DNA from: Candidatus Dormiibacterota bacterium
Lineage (GTDB): Bacteria; Chloroflexota; Dormibacteria; Dormibacterales; Dormibacteraceae
DNA length: 64,000 nt
Assembly (NCBI GenBank): GCA_003151935.1
Contig: PLYZ01000067.1
Span: 33,784-97,783 of the forward strand
Direction of reading: 5' to 3'
In this document: piece after piece, positions 53,339 to 61,605 of the stretch
Numbering within the stretch: the first letter of the stretch is position 1
How the letters are laid out: every line of letters begins with the position of its first letter
Notes under the pieces: model-generated
Seen by the model: only the letters and a program-made list of their open reading frames with translations
Told to the model about the DNA's origin: nothing
Databases searched by the model: none
Translations under genes and position numbers: made by a program

Positions 53339-54913
53339 TCAGGCCTGTTGCGCGTACTCCAGGGAATCGACCAGCGCCAGCAGCGAGGCCTCGATGATGT
53401 TGCTCGAGCACCCGACGGTGGTCCAGCGCTTGAGGCCCTTTCCGGATTCGATGAGCACCCGCGTGGTCGCGGCAGTGCCCGCGTCGCCATCAAGGATGCG
53501 CACCTTGTAGTCGTGCAGCGTCACTCCGCGCAGGCCCGGAAACCGCGGGCTGAGCGCTTTCCGGAGTGCCGCGTCGAGCGCGTTGACGGGGCCATTCCCG
53601 GCCGCGGCGGTGTGATAGACGGTGCCGGCGACCTCGACCTGCACGGTTGCCTCGGCGTTGACCGAGTCGCCGTTCTTGCGGACGTTCGTCGTGAAGTCGG
53701 CCACGGTCCAGGGGGCTTTGTAGCCCGGCTGCAGCCGTCGAACCAGCATCTCGAAGGACGCGTCCGCGGCCTCGTAGGAATAGCCGCGATGCTCGAGCTC
53801 TTTGAGGTGCTGCACCAGCCACCTGGTCTGGGGGTCGTCCCGGTCGAGCTCCAGCCCGAACTCTCGCGCCTTGGCGAGCACATTGCCGCGACCTGACAGC
53901 TCCGAGACGAGCACCCGGGCCTCGTTGCCGACGAGGGCCGGGTCGATGTGCTGGTATGAGTCCTTGTGCCGCAGGACAGCAGCGACGTGCTGTCCTCCCT
54001 TGTGTGCGAAGGCGCCGTGGCCGACAAACGGCTGCTGCAGCGGCAGGGCCAGGTTTGCGATCTCGGCCACCGTGCGAGACAGCTCGGTGAAACGCGCGAT
54101 CGAGGCCCCGGGCAGGGCTTCCACGCCGAGCTTCAGAACGAGGTTCGCCACCACCGAGACCAGGTTCGCGTTGCCGCAGCGTTCGCCGTATCCGTTGATG
54201 GTGCCCTGGACCATATCGGCTCCGGCCTGCACACCCTCGAGCGAGTTGGCCACGGCGAGCTCGCAATCGTTGTGCGTGTGGATTCCGACGCGAACCGGAC
54301 GATCGAGGTCGGAGAGCGCGCCGCGCACCGCCTCCACGCCGCGCCTGATCTCGGCCGGCAGGCTGCCTCCGTTGGTGTCGCACAGGACGACCCATGTCGC
54401 ACCGGCGCGGGCGGCGGCCAGGCAGACCTCGAGCGCGTACTCGGAATCCCGGGCGAAACCGTCGAAGAAGTGCTCAGCATCGAAGATCAGCTCCCGGCCA
54501 AGGCCCACGCCGTAAGCGACGGATTCCTCAACCATGGCCAGGTTTTCGTTGGGCGTGGTCTGCAGCACGGTGGTGACCTGCCACGGGTCGCTCTTACCGA
54601 CCAGGGTCCACACCGGCGCCGCACTCTGGGTGAGAGCGAGCAGGTTGGCGTCGTCCTCACAGCGGCCGTTGGCGCGCCGTGTCGCCCCGAACGCCGCGAG
54701 CTTCGCCCGTTTCAGGGGACGCTGGCGCAGGCTGGCGAACAGCTCCTCGTCCTTGGGGTTCGATCCCGGGAATCCGCCCTCCACGTAATCGAAGCCGAGA
54801 CCGTCCAGGGCGCGGGCAATGCGCACCTTGTCGGCGGCCGAGAAGGACACGGCCGGACCCTGAGCCCCGTCGCGCAGCGTCGTGTCGTAGATGACGATCC
54901 GCCGATTGGACAT
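53339..54913 (-). CDS. cimA: Citramalate synthase-type enzyme (LeuA_rel / CimA family)
   Basis: IVIYDTTLRDGAQGPAVSFSAADKVRIARALDGLGFDYVEGGFPGSNPKDEELF... plus the long C-terminal regulatory domain typical of the CimA clade. ATG 54913 is preceded by GGGAGG. Confidence 0.8.
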   Translation of the reverse strand: MSNRRIVIYDTTLRDGAQGPAVSFSAADKVRIARALDGLGFDYVEGGFPGSNPKDEELFASLRQRPLKRAKLAAFGATRRANGRCEDDANLLALTQSAAPVWTLVGKSDPWQVTTVLQTTPNENLAMVEESVAYGVGLGRELIFDAEHFFDGFARDSEYALEVCLAAARAGATWVVLCDTNGGSLPAEIRRGVEAVRGALSDLDRPVRVGIHTHNDCELAVANSLEGVQAGADMVQGTINGYGERCGNANLVSVVANLVLKLGVEALPGASIARFTELSRTVAEIANLALPLQQPFVGHGAFAHKGGQHVAAVLRHKDSYQHIDPALVGNEARVLVSELSGRGNVLAKAREFGLELDRDDPQTRWLVQHLKELEHRGYSYEAADASFEMLVRRLQPGYKAPWTVADFTTNVRKNGDSVNAEATVQVEVAGTVYHTAAAGNGPVNALDAALRKALSPRFPGLRGVTLHDYKVRILDGDAGTAATTRVLIESGKGLKRWTTVGCSSNIIEASLLALVDSLEYAQQA

Positions 54914-54944
54914 AAAAAAACCTCCCGACCCTGTTGCCGGGAGG
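54914..54944 (-). terminator. Intrinsic terminator/attenuator hairpin immediately 5' of the cimA start codon
   Basis: The minus-strand RNA CCUCCCGG-CAACAGG-GUCGGGAGG is followed by UUUUUUU and then AUG. The 3' arm contains the cimA Shine-Dalgarno. Confidence 0.7.
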
Positions 54945-54967
54945 TCCAACGACTCGAGCGACGTGCG

Positions 54968-55024
54968 CTAAGTCGGGGGACCTCCCCGGATAATCTCGAT
55001 CGCGATCGCAATCCAGCTACGCAT
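54968..55024 (-). CDS. Ile-rich leader peptide MRSWIAIAIEIIRGGPPT
   Basis: 18 codons with five Ile among residues 5-12. The stop lies 23 nt before the terminator stem. The coding region contains CCGGGGAGG, which can pair with the terminator 5' arm. Confidence 0.55.
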   Translation of the reverse strand: MRSWIAIAIEIIRGGPPT

Positions 55025-55092
55025 CGCTTCGAAGGCTAGACGATCTGACCCACGAGGAGTATGGAGTCCGGCACCAAATCCCGGCCAAGCGA

Positions 55093-55908
55093 TTAGTGGG
55101 AGGCGGACACCTCGCGAGTTCTCACCTGCACCTCCATGGTGCCGGTGGCCGATCCCACGTAGATGCCGCGAGTCGGCGCGGCGTCGCTGTAGTCCCGGCC
55201 CACGGCGAGCCGGACGTGATGCTCCGCGGCGCGTACGGGATGGGTGGCGTCGTAGCCGATCCATCCGCGTCCCGGCACCCAGGCCTCGGCCCAGGCGTGT
55301 GAGGCGGTCGTGGCTGCCCCAGCCGCGTGGATGTAGCCGCTCACGTATCGCGCCGGCACGCCCATCGACCGCGCGACCGCGATGAAAAGATGCGCGAAGT
55401 CCTGGCACACGCCCGCCCGCAGGGCGAGGACCTCGTCCACAGCGCTGTACACGTTGGTCACGGCCCGGTCGTAGGTGAACTCCCGGCTGATGGCGAGCGT
55501 CAGCTCGTCGAGCGCCTGCTCCACGGAGGGGCCGGAGCTCCGCTCGGCGATCGGATGACGGCTCGCCAGCTCCCGGATCCCGGGCGCGTCCTTCACCGGC
55601 GAGCGGAACCGCAGGAAGTCATGCACCAGGTCCTCTCCCGGGTTGACGTCGAGCACGCCGCCCGTCTCGACGACCGACCTGCTGGTCACGCTCAAGCTCG
55701 TGTGGGGGCGCACGAGGTTGAAGTAGTGGACGCTGTTTCCGTAACCGTCGAGGTAGGCGCCCGGCTGGATCCCCGAGCTGATCTCGAGGTCGAACTCAAG
55801 GCAGCGCTGTCCGTTGCCATCCATCGGTCGCAGGCGCACCTCCATCACGGTCTCCGCGATCGGGCCCGAATATCGGTACCGGGTGGTGTGCACGATCTCC
55901 AGCCTCAT
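55093..55908 (-). CDS. Transglutaminase-like cysteine peptidase family protein (Bact_transglu_N + Transglut_core)
   Basis: MRLEIVHTTRYRYSGP... N-domain and GVCQDFAHLFIAVARSMGVPARYVSGY...SHAWAEAW...YDATH catalytic C/H/D pattern. ATG 55908 overlaps the upstream stop. Confidence 0.85.
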   Translation of the reverse strand: MRLEIVHTTRYRYSGPIAETVMEVRLRPMDGNGQRCLEFDLEISSGIQPGAYLDGYGNSVHYFNLVRPHTSLSVTSRSVVETGGVLDVNPGEDLVHDFLRFRSPVKDAPGIRELASRHPIAERSSGPSVEQALDELTLAISREFTYDRAVTNVYSAVDEVLALRAGVCQDFAHLFIAVARSMGVPARYVSGYIHAAGAATTASHAWAEAWVPGRGWIGYDATHPVRAAEHHVRLAVGRDYSDAAPTRGIYVGSATGTMEVQVRTREVSASH

Positions 55909-56849
55909 TGCTGCTGCGGCATGGCGCGCCCCTCGTCGCCGATCACGTTGGCGGGGACCTTGCTCGGGTGGAAGTAGGTCTCCCTCATGGCAAGCTCGAG
56001 CTGCCGCAGCACGCCCCGGCATTCCGTTTCGAATTCGCGTGGGTGCTCGGCGACCATCTGGGTGGCTGCTCCGTTGAACATCGTGTGCAGCAGCGACAGC
56101 AGGCGCCGGGGCTTTGAGCGGCGGCCCGGGCCGTCGATCCTCGAGACCGAGTCCAGGGCGATCTGAGCCGAGAAGCGGGCGGATCGCGGCAACGCAGGTT
56201 CGAAGAGCAGGAAGTCGATGATCCTCTCCGCCGTCACGCCGCCCGAGTGGCGGGCCTGGTAAGACTCGTATGCGAAGCAGGACTTCAGCACGGCCGACCA
56301 CTCGAGGGTGTCCTCCGGCGCTTCGGTCAGCTCGGCCGACTTTCGCGTGACGAGGGTGGTGACATTCGCGGTGCGCTCGACGAACTTGCCGAGGCGGACG
56401 AAGTCGCGCGCCTCGTCGTGCTGCATCGTGTCTTCGAGCAGGCCGTCGACGAGCCTGACGCTCAGCTGCACGTCGTTGAGAAAGGGAAACAGGTCGGGCT
56501 GCCAGGTTGGGCCCTGGATGCGCCAGTGCAGCGCGTTGACCTGCTCATACAGCTCCGTGGGGAGCGAGGGGCGCACCGCCTGTGCGGCGATTCGGGCGGC
56601 GGCGACGCTCGATCGCACCGAGGGGCCCAGCGTGCCGGTGATCAACACCTCGACGGCCTCGGCCCGGCCGCTGGGGGTGCTGCCCGCCCAGCCGGCCAGC
56701 TCCATGAAGCGCGCCCAGAACTCCGGTCCTGGCTCATCAGTGCGGTCGAGGGAGAGCGACACATGCACGCCCAGGATGCGGGCGAGATGGTCGGCCCGTT
56801 CGAGGTGCCGGCCGAGCAGCGTGAGCGAGGTGGCGGCCCGGCTAAGCAT
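55905..56849 (-). CDS. Alpha-E domain protein (DUF403)
   Basis: MLSRAATSLTLLGRHLERADHLARIL... is the typical alpha-E N-terminus. ATG 56849 overlaps the ATP-grasp stop by 8 nt. Confidence 0.8.
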   Translation of the reverse strand: MLSRAATSLTLLGRHLERADHLARILGVHVSLSLDRTDEPGPEFWARFMELAGWAGSTPSGRAEAVEVLITGTLGPSVRSSVAAARIAAQAVRPSLPTELYEQVNALHWRIQGPTWQPDLFPFLNDVQLSVRLVDGLLEDTMQHDEARDFVRLGKFVERTANVTTLVTRKSAELTEAPEDTLEWSAVLKSCFAYESYQARHSGGVTAERIIDFLLFEPALPRSARFSAQIALDSVSRIDGPGRRSKPRRLLSLLHTMFNGAATQMVAEHPREFETECRGVLRQLELAMRETYFHPSKVPANVIGDEGRAMPQQQ

Positions 56850-58305
56850 CCTGGCTGTCCTCTCCATACTCCGCCAGGACCCAGGTGTCCCGGCTTCCGC
56901 CGCCCTGCGAGCTGTTGACGATCAGGGAGCCATCCTTGAGCGCGACTCGCGTCAGCCCGCCCGCCGTGACGTACACCTCGGGGCCGGTCAGGACGAAGGG
57001 ACGCAGGTCCTGGTGCGTGCGGCGCATCCGTCCGCCGTCGAAGATCGGCTGCACCGACAGGGCGACGACCGGCTGTGCGATGAAGCTCCGCGGCCGCGCG
57101 GCGATGCGCTGCCTGAAGTCCTCGCGCTCATCCTTGGTTGACTCCGGGCCGATCAGCATCCCGTATCCGCCTGAGCCATCGACCGCCTTGATCACCAACT
57201 CATGGATGTGCTCGAGCACGTACCGGCGGTCGTCGTCGAGAGCGCAGAGGTAGGTCTGTACGTTCGGCAGGATTGGGTCCTCGTCGAGGTAGTAGCGAAT
57301 GATCTTGGGCACCAGCGCGTACACCGCCTTGTCGTCCGCGACGCCGTTCCCAAGCGCGTTGGCGATGGCTACGTTTCCGGCCCTGTACGCATTGACCAGG
57401 CCGGCCACCCCGACGAGCGACTCCTGGCGCCCGAAGATCGGATCCAGCCATTCGTCGTCGAGCCGGCGGTAGATGACGTGGACCGGCTTGAGGCCGCGGG
57501 TGGTCCTCATGAAAACGTGGTCCAGGTCAACGACCAGGTCGGTACCCTCCACCAACTCGATCCCCATCTGCTTGGCCAGGTAGAGGTGCTCGTAGTAGGC
57601 GGCATTGTTGATGCCTGGAGTGAGGAGGACGATCGTCGGGTCGTCCACCCCCTCGGGCGCCAGCCAGCGAAGGTGGCGGAGCAGCTCGTGAACATAGCCC
57701 TCGACGGGCCGAACCGGATACCCGGCGAAGAGATCGGGCAGGACTCGCTTCATCACGTGGCGGTTGGCGAGCACGTAGGAGACGCCTGACGGCGTCCGCA
57801 GGTTGTCCTCGAGGACGAAAAAGTCGCCCTTGCCGTCCCGGACGAGATCGATGCCGGCGATGTGGCAGTGGATTCCCCGCGGCACCGGCAGGCCCTCGAT
57901 CTCGCGGAGGTACTGCTGGCTGCTGAGCACGATTTCGGGCGGCACCACCCGCTGCCGGAGGATGAGCTTGCGTCCGTAGACGTCATCGAGGAACAGGTTG
58001 AGCGCCGCCATGCGCTGCTTGAGCCCGGCCTCCAGGCGCCGCCACGTCTGCGCCGAGATGACCCGCGGGATGATGTCGAATGGAAAGACCTTCTCGGTCC
58101 CCTGGGCGTCCGGGTACACGGCAAAGGTGATCCCGTGGTTGCGAAACATCTGCATCGCGAGGTCGTGGCGCCGGGCGAGCTCCTTCGGGCCAAGCCGGTG
58201 AAGCTGCTCGTAGATTCGGCGGTAACCGGGTCGCGGGCGCCCGGAAGCCGCAAGCATTTCGTCGTAGAAACCGTTTGTCCTGTAGTCAGCGTCGAGGGAA
58301 TTCAC
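56842..58305 (-). CDS. Circularly permuted ATP-grasp type 2 protein
   Basis: ...FYDEMLAASGRPRPGYRRIYEQL...GITFAVY...FPFDIIPRVI...VLEDNLRTPSGVSYVL... fits the CP_ATPgrasp_2 family. GTG 58305 or 58314 was chosen; the track start lies further upstream. Confidence 0.85.
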   Translation of the reverse strand: MNSLDADYRTNGFYDEMLAASGRPRPGYRRIYEQLHRLGPKELARRHDLAMQMFRNHGITFAVYPDAQGTEKVFPFDIIPRVISAQTWRRLEAGLKQRMAALNLFLDDVYGRKLILRQRVVPPEIVLSSQQYLREIEGLPVPRGIHCHIAGIDLVRDGKGDFFVLEDNLRTPSGVSYVLANRHVMKRVLPDLFAGYPVRPVEGYVHELLRHLRWLAPEGVDDPTIVLLTPGINNAAYYEHLYLAKQMGIELVEGTDLVVDLDHVFMRTTRGLKPVHVIYRRLDDEWLDPIFGRQESLVGVAGLVNAYRAGNVAIANALGNGVADDKAVYALVPKIIRYYLDEDPILPNVQTYLCALDDDRRYVLEHIHELVIKAVDGSGGYGMLIGPESTKDEREDFRQRIAARPRSFIAQPVVALSVQPIFDGGRMRRTHQDLRPFVLTGPEVYVTAGGLTRVALKDGSLIVNSSQGGGSRDTWVLAEYGEDSQDA

Positions 58306-58353
58306 GGAGGCCACCGCTATAGTTTCGCCATCCCGACCAAAAGTAAGCCAGCG

Positions 58354-59178
58354 ATCAGCCTGCGCGTCGGCTGTGAGTTCAGCTACGACGTGACCGCGCC
58401 CACCCCCGTGACCGTCCAGGTCCGGCCCCGGTCCGACTCCAGCCATCAGCTGGTCAGCGAGACCTGGTCGACGACGCCATCACTGCCCGTCGACGAGTAC
58501 AGCGACATCTACGGCAACCCGGTCAAGCGCTTCGTGATGCCACCCGGACCGGTCGTCCTCCGCTACGACGCCGTCTGCGCCGTCCCCGACGAGACAGACC
58601 CCGACCCCAGCGCGGCGACCCAGGTTCCAGTCGAGGAGCTGCCCGGTCAGCTGCTGCACTTCACGTTACCCAGCCGCTACTGCCTGTCAGACGAGCTAAT
58701 GGGCATGGCGTGGCAGCTGTTCGGCCAGACGCAACCGGGAGCCCAGCGTGTGCAGGCGATCTGCGACTGGGTCCATGACAACATCAAGTTCAAGTACGGC
58801 ACGAGCAACCCGCTGACGACATCCGCCGACGTACTCAGAGACCGGATCGGCGTGTGTCGAGACCTCACGCACGTCGCAGTCAGCTTCTGCCGCGCCATGA
58901 ACATCCCTGCGCGCTACGTGTTTGGCTACCTGCCCGACCTCTACGTCCCAGTCGACCCCAACCCCATGGATTTCGCAGCCTGGATGGAGGTCTACCTGGG
59001 CGATCGGTGGTGGACCTTCGACCCACGTAACAACGCCCGCCGCGCTGGGCGTGTGCTCATCGGGCGCGGTCGGGACGCCCTCGACGTGGCCATGCTCACC
59101 ACCTTCGGCCCGGCAGCCTTCCAATCGATGACCGTCTGGGCTGATGAATACCCCACGAAGTCGGAGGCTACGCCGTGA
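58354..59178 (+). CDS. Transglutaminase-like family protein (divergent from the ATP-grasp operon); start codon unresolved
   Basis: ...ISLRVGCEFSYDVTAPTPVTVQVRPR... N-domain and GVCRDLTHVAVSFCRAMNIPARYVFGY...AWMEVY...FDP catalytic pattern. There is no ATG/GTG/TTG between the divergent gene and the conserved N-terminus; ATC 58354 is used as a placeholder. Confidence 0.7.
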   Translation: MSLRVGCEFSYDVTAPTPVTVQVRPRSDSSHQLVSETWSTTPSLPVDEYSDIYGNPVKRFVMPPGPVVLRYDAVCAVPDETDPDPSAATQVPVEELPGQLLHFTLPSRYCLSDELMGMAWQLFGQTQPGAQRVQAICDWVHDNIKFKYGTSNPLTTSADVLRDRIGVCRDLTHVAVSFCRAMNIPARYVFGYLPDLYVPVDPNPMDFAAWMEVYLGDRWWTFDPRNNARRAGRVLIGRGRDALDVAMLTTFGPAAFQSMTVWADEYPTKSEATP

Positions 59179-59212
59179 CTTCGCGGGGACCCGTGAAGGT
59201 CAAGGGCGATTG

Positions 59213-60085
59213 ATGGCGATCGAACGCACGTCGGTCGACTGGGCGTCGGCAAAGCGCGTGTCCTATCTGCTGCGGCAGAGCTTCCGCTACGAATACCCCA
59301 GCCCAATTCGCGACCTGAATCACCGCCTCGTCGTCATCCCGCCCGAGCGCTTCGGCGACCAGCGGCGCCTGCGCCACCAGCTTTCGGTCGATCGAGACGG
59401 CGTCCGGTTCGAGGATCGACAGGACCGCTTTGGCAACATGATCGTCGACGTCTTCGCTCCTCTCGTGTCCGAGACGATCGAGTTCGTGGCCGAGGTCTCG
59501 GTCGAGCGTTATGCCGCGGAGCCCAACCGGCTCGCCGACGGGTGGCTCACCGAAGGCTACCTGCTCGAGGCATCGCCGCTCACGGCCGCTGACGAGCGCA
59601 TCAAGAGGGCGGCTCAGGAGCTGGGAGATTCAGCGGAGTGGGGCCTGCCGCTGGCGGACACCATCAATGACTGGGTATATCAATCGCTGACCTACCAGCA
59701 TGGGGTGACCGGCGTCCGCACGACGGCGGCCCAGGCACTCGAGATCGGGTCCGGCGTCTGTCAGGACTACGCGCACGTGATGCTGGCGCTCTGCCGGGCG
59801 TGCGGACTGCCCTCTCGCTACGTCTCGGGCCACCTTCTCGGGCAGGGAGGGACGCATGCCTGGGTGGAGGTCGCCCTACCGACCAAGGACGGCACCGGCG
59901 ACGCGATCGCTTCGACCTTCGACCCCACGCATGCGAGCCGGGGCGGCCTGGGCTACCTGACGATCGCGGTTGGCGGCGATTACTCGGACGTGGCGCCCAC
60001 GTCCGGGACCTACACCTCGTCGGTGAGAGGCCGCCTGGTGACCAACAAGCAGGTCGCCCTCGTCGACGTCGAGTACGGCGACTGA
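59213..60085 (+). CDS. Transglutaminase-like family protein
   Basis: ...VSYLLRQSFRYEYPSP... N-domain and GVCQDYAHVMLALCRACGLPSRYVSGH...THAWVEV...FDPTH pattern. ATG 59213. Confidence 0.85.
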   Translation: MAIERTSVDWASAKRVSYLLRQSFRYEYPSPIRDLNHRLVVIPPERFGDQRRLRHQLSVDRDGVRFEDRQDRFGNMIVDVFAPLVSETIEFVAEVSVERYAAEPNRLADGWLTEGYLLEASPLTAADERIKRAAQELGDSAEWGLPLADTINDWVYQSLTYQHGVTGVRTTAAQALEIGSGVCQDYAHVMLALCRACGLPSRYVSGHLLGQGGTHAWVEVALPTKDGTGDAIASTFDPTHASRGGLGYLTIAVGGDYSDVAPTSGTYTSSVRGRLVTNKQVALVDVEYGD

Positions 60086-60152
60086 AGTGGGAGGAGGCCG
60101 GAGCCCCCTCCCGCCCTTCAGGGTTTACATCGTCGGGGTGACTTCGTAGACC

Positions 60153-60505
60153 GTGGCGAATTTCGTACTCGTGTACACCGGCGGCGGCATGCCCGTGCTC
60201 CAGGCGACCAACGACGTCGCCACACCGGAGCAGGTTGCCTTGCCTCGCTGCTGCTGGCGCTCGCCACCTGCCTGCTGGCGATCGGCATCCTATGGCGGCG
60301 GAGTCGTGCGCTGCGCTGGGCGTTCCGGCTGGAGATCACGTGCCTCGCCGGCTCGCTGCTCCTCTTGGTGCTGCCGATCGGCGCCAACCACGGTCCGGTC
60401 GCCTGGATGACGAATGTCGCCCTGCCGATCGCCCTGATCGTCCTGCTGCGCAAACCCGAGAGGCATTTACCTAGCCGCGTGAGGCGAGTCGCCCCTTTCG
60501 TGTGA
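60153..60505 (+). pseudogene. Possible frameshifted small membrane-protein gene
   Basis: Good third-position GC in one frame from GTG 60153 (VANFVLVYTGGGMPVLQATNDVATPEQVA). From about 60240 it switches to another frame (LASLLLALATCLLAIGILWRR...PIALIVLLRKPE...*, stop 60503-60505), which has no start codon of its own. Confidence 0.25.
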
Positions 60506-60944
60506 GAGCCTCATCGGCGTCTTCGGTCGTCACGACCTGGCGCCGGAAGTTCCTCAACGCAAAACGGTCGCAGGCAGTCTCGGCGGCGGAGCCCTTTCCA
60601 AGCACCTCATGCAGGTACCAGTGCATCCACTCATGGCAGTAGAGGAACCTCAGCACGTCACGGCGCCCGCGAAACAGAACCGTCTCGGAGGCCCAGGCAA
60701 ATCGCATGACGTCTCCGCGCTTGCGCCGGGCGGCAAAGATCACAGGCTCCTTGAAGGGCCGGAATGGAGTCGGCACCTGCAGCACGATGCGGCGCTCTTC
60801 GAACTCGCAGCGGGCGGCAAGGTGCGGGTGGGTCCGATAGCGCAGCGGCTTGATCACGACCTCGTAGTCGCACCGCGGCAGGCCTTCCAGGGCGCGGGTC
60901 GCTTCGGCGCCGCTGTATCCCAGGAGCTCGCTTCGGACGACCAT
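60471..60944 (-). CDS. Hypothetical protein with an HExxH motif (HEWMH); possible small metallopeptidase
   Basis: 157-aa ORF with coding-like codon usage and ...FLYCHEWMHWYLHE.... I do not recognise the family. Confidence 0.5.
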   Translation of the reverse strand: MVVRSELLGYSGAEATRALEGLPRCDYEVVIKPLRYRTHPHLAARCEFEERRIVLQVPTPFRPFKEPVIFAARRKRGDVMRFAWASETVLFRGRRDVLRFLYCHEWMHWYLHEVLGKGSAAETACDRFALRNFRRQVVTTEDADEALTRKGRLASRG

Positions 60945-61114
60945 GGCGTGACAGGGTACGCGCAGGCACGGATCAGTTGATGTCCGAACAGTTTCACAAG
61001 GTCCGGAACCAGGTGGACATGCTGCTCGGAATCGGTCTTACGCTGTAGGGCAAGGCGAGGTTCGCGCTGAAACCCCCGGCCACGACAATCCGCAAGCCTG
61101 AAGGAGAACAAGCA

Positions 61115-61597
61115 ATGGGCCCTTCGTCAGATGAAATCGACCGTCAGAGAAAAGAGACCCGCGAGCGCATCGATGAAGACTTCGGAGCTCTCGACCAGCG
61201 CGATGAGTCCAACGCGATGCGCTATGGCCGCATTGCTGCAGTCGTCGTCGGCGTGGCCGTGGTGGCCGGGGTCGGCTGGTTGATCTATCGGAAGATCAAC
61301 CGGCCGACGCGAAGGGAGCGGCTGCAAAGCTTGCTGATCGAGGCTCTCAAAGATCTCCCCGATTCCCTCCGGGAGCTGCCTGACGAGGTCGCCACGCGAA
61401 TCAAGAAGCCGATGCCTTCGATCAAGGTCTTCGTGAACGGCAAAGACGAGGCAAAGGAGCCCGGGCCGCTGAAGAGCATCATGCGCCGCGTTGGGCCTGC
61501 GGTGGTGGGCACCGCGTCGGGCGCCTTGATCGGACGCTTCACCCGGTCATCCGAGGCAGCCGACGAGACCAGGTCGAGCGACCCGTCACACGACTGA
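61115..61597 (+). CDS. Membrane-anchored hypothetical protein (DUF3618-like N-terminus)
   Basis: ATG preceded by GAAGGAGAA. A charged N-terminal helix, then one TM (IAAVVVGVAVVAGVGWLIY), then a charged tail. Confidence 0.5.
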   Translation: MGPSSDEIDRQRKETRERIDEDFGALDQRDESNAMRYGRIAAVVVGVAVVAGVGWLIYRKINRPTRRERLQSLLIEALKDLPDSLRELPDEVATRIKKPMPSIKVFVNGKDEAKEPGPLKSIMRRVGPAVVGTASGALIGRFTRSSEAADETRSSDPSHD

Positions 61598-61605
61598 CGC
61601 GGTCG

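Noticed and set aside
54914-55092. T-box or metabolite riboswitch in the cimA leader
   Set aside because: I could not find the T-box consensus (AGGGUGGNACCGCG-like) or a specifier-loop arrangement. The leader is short, and the Ile-rich mini-ORF plus terminator gives a simpler explanation.
60083-60505. The TGA stop of the last transglutaminase-like gene is followed by an open frame of ~140 codons ending in three hydrophobic segments. I considered read-through or a fifth Sec site.
   Set aside because: The ~50 codons after the TGA have poor third-position GC and an Arg-rich nonsense-like translation. The TGA does not align with any Cys in the paralogues, which end at the same point. The hydrophobic part is better explained as a separate, frameshifted small gene.
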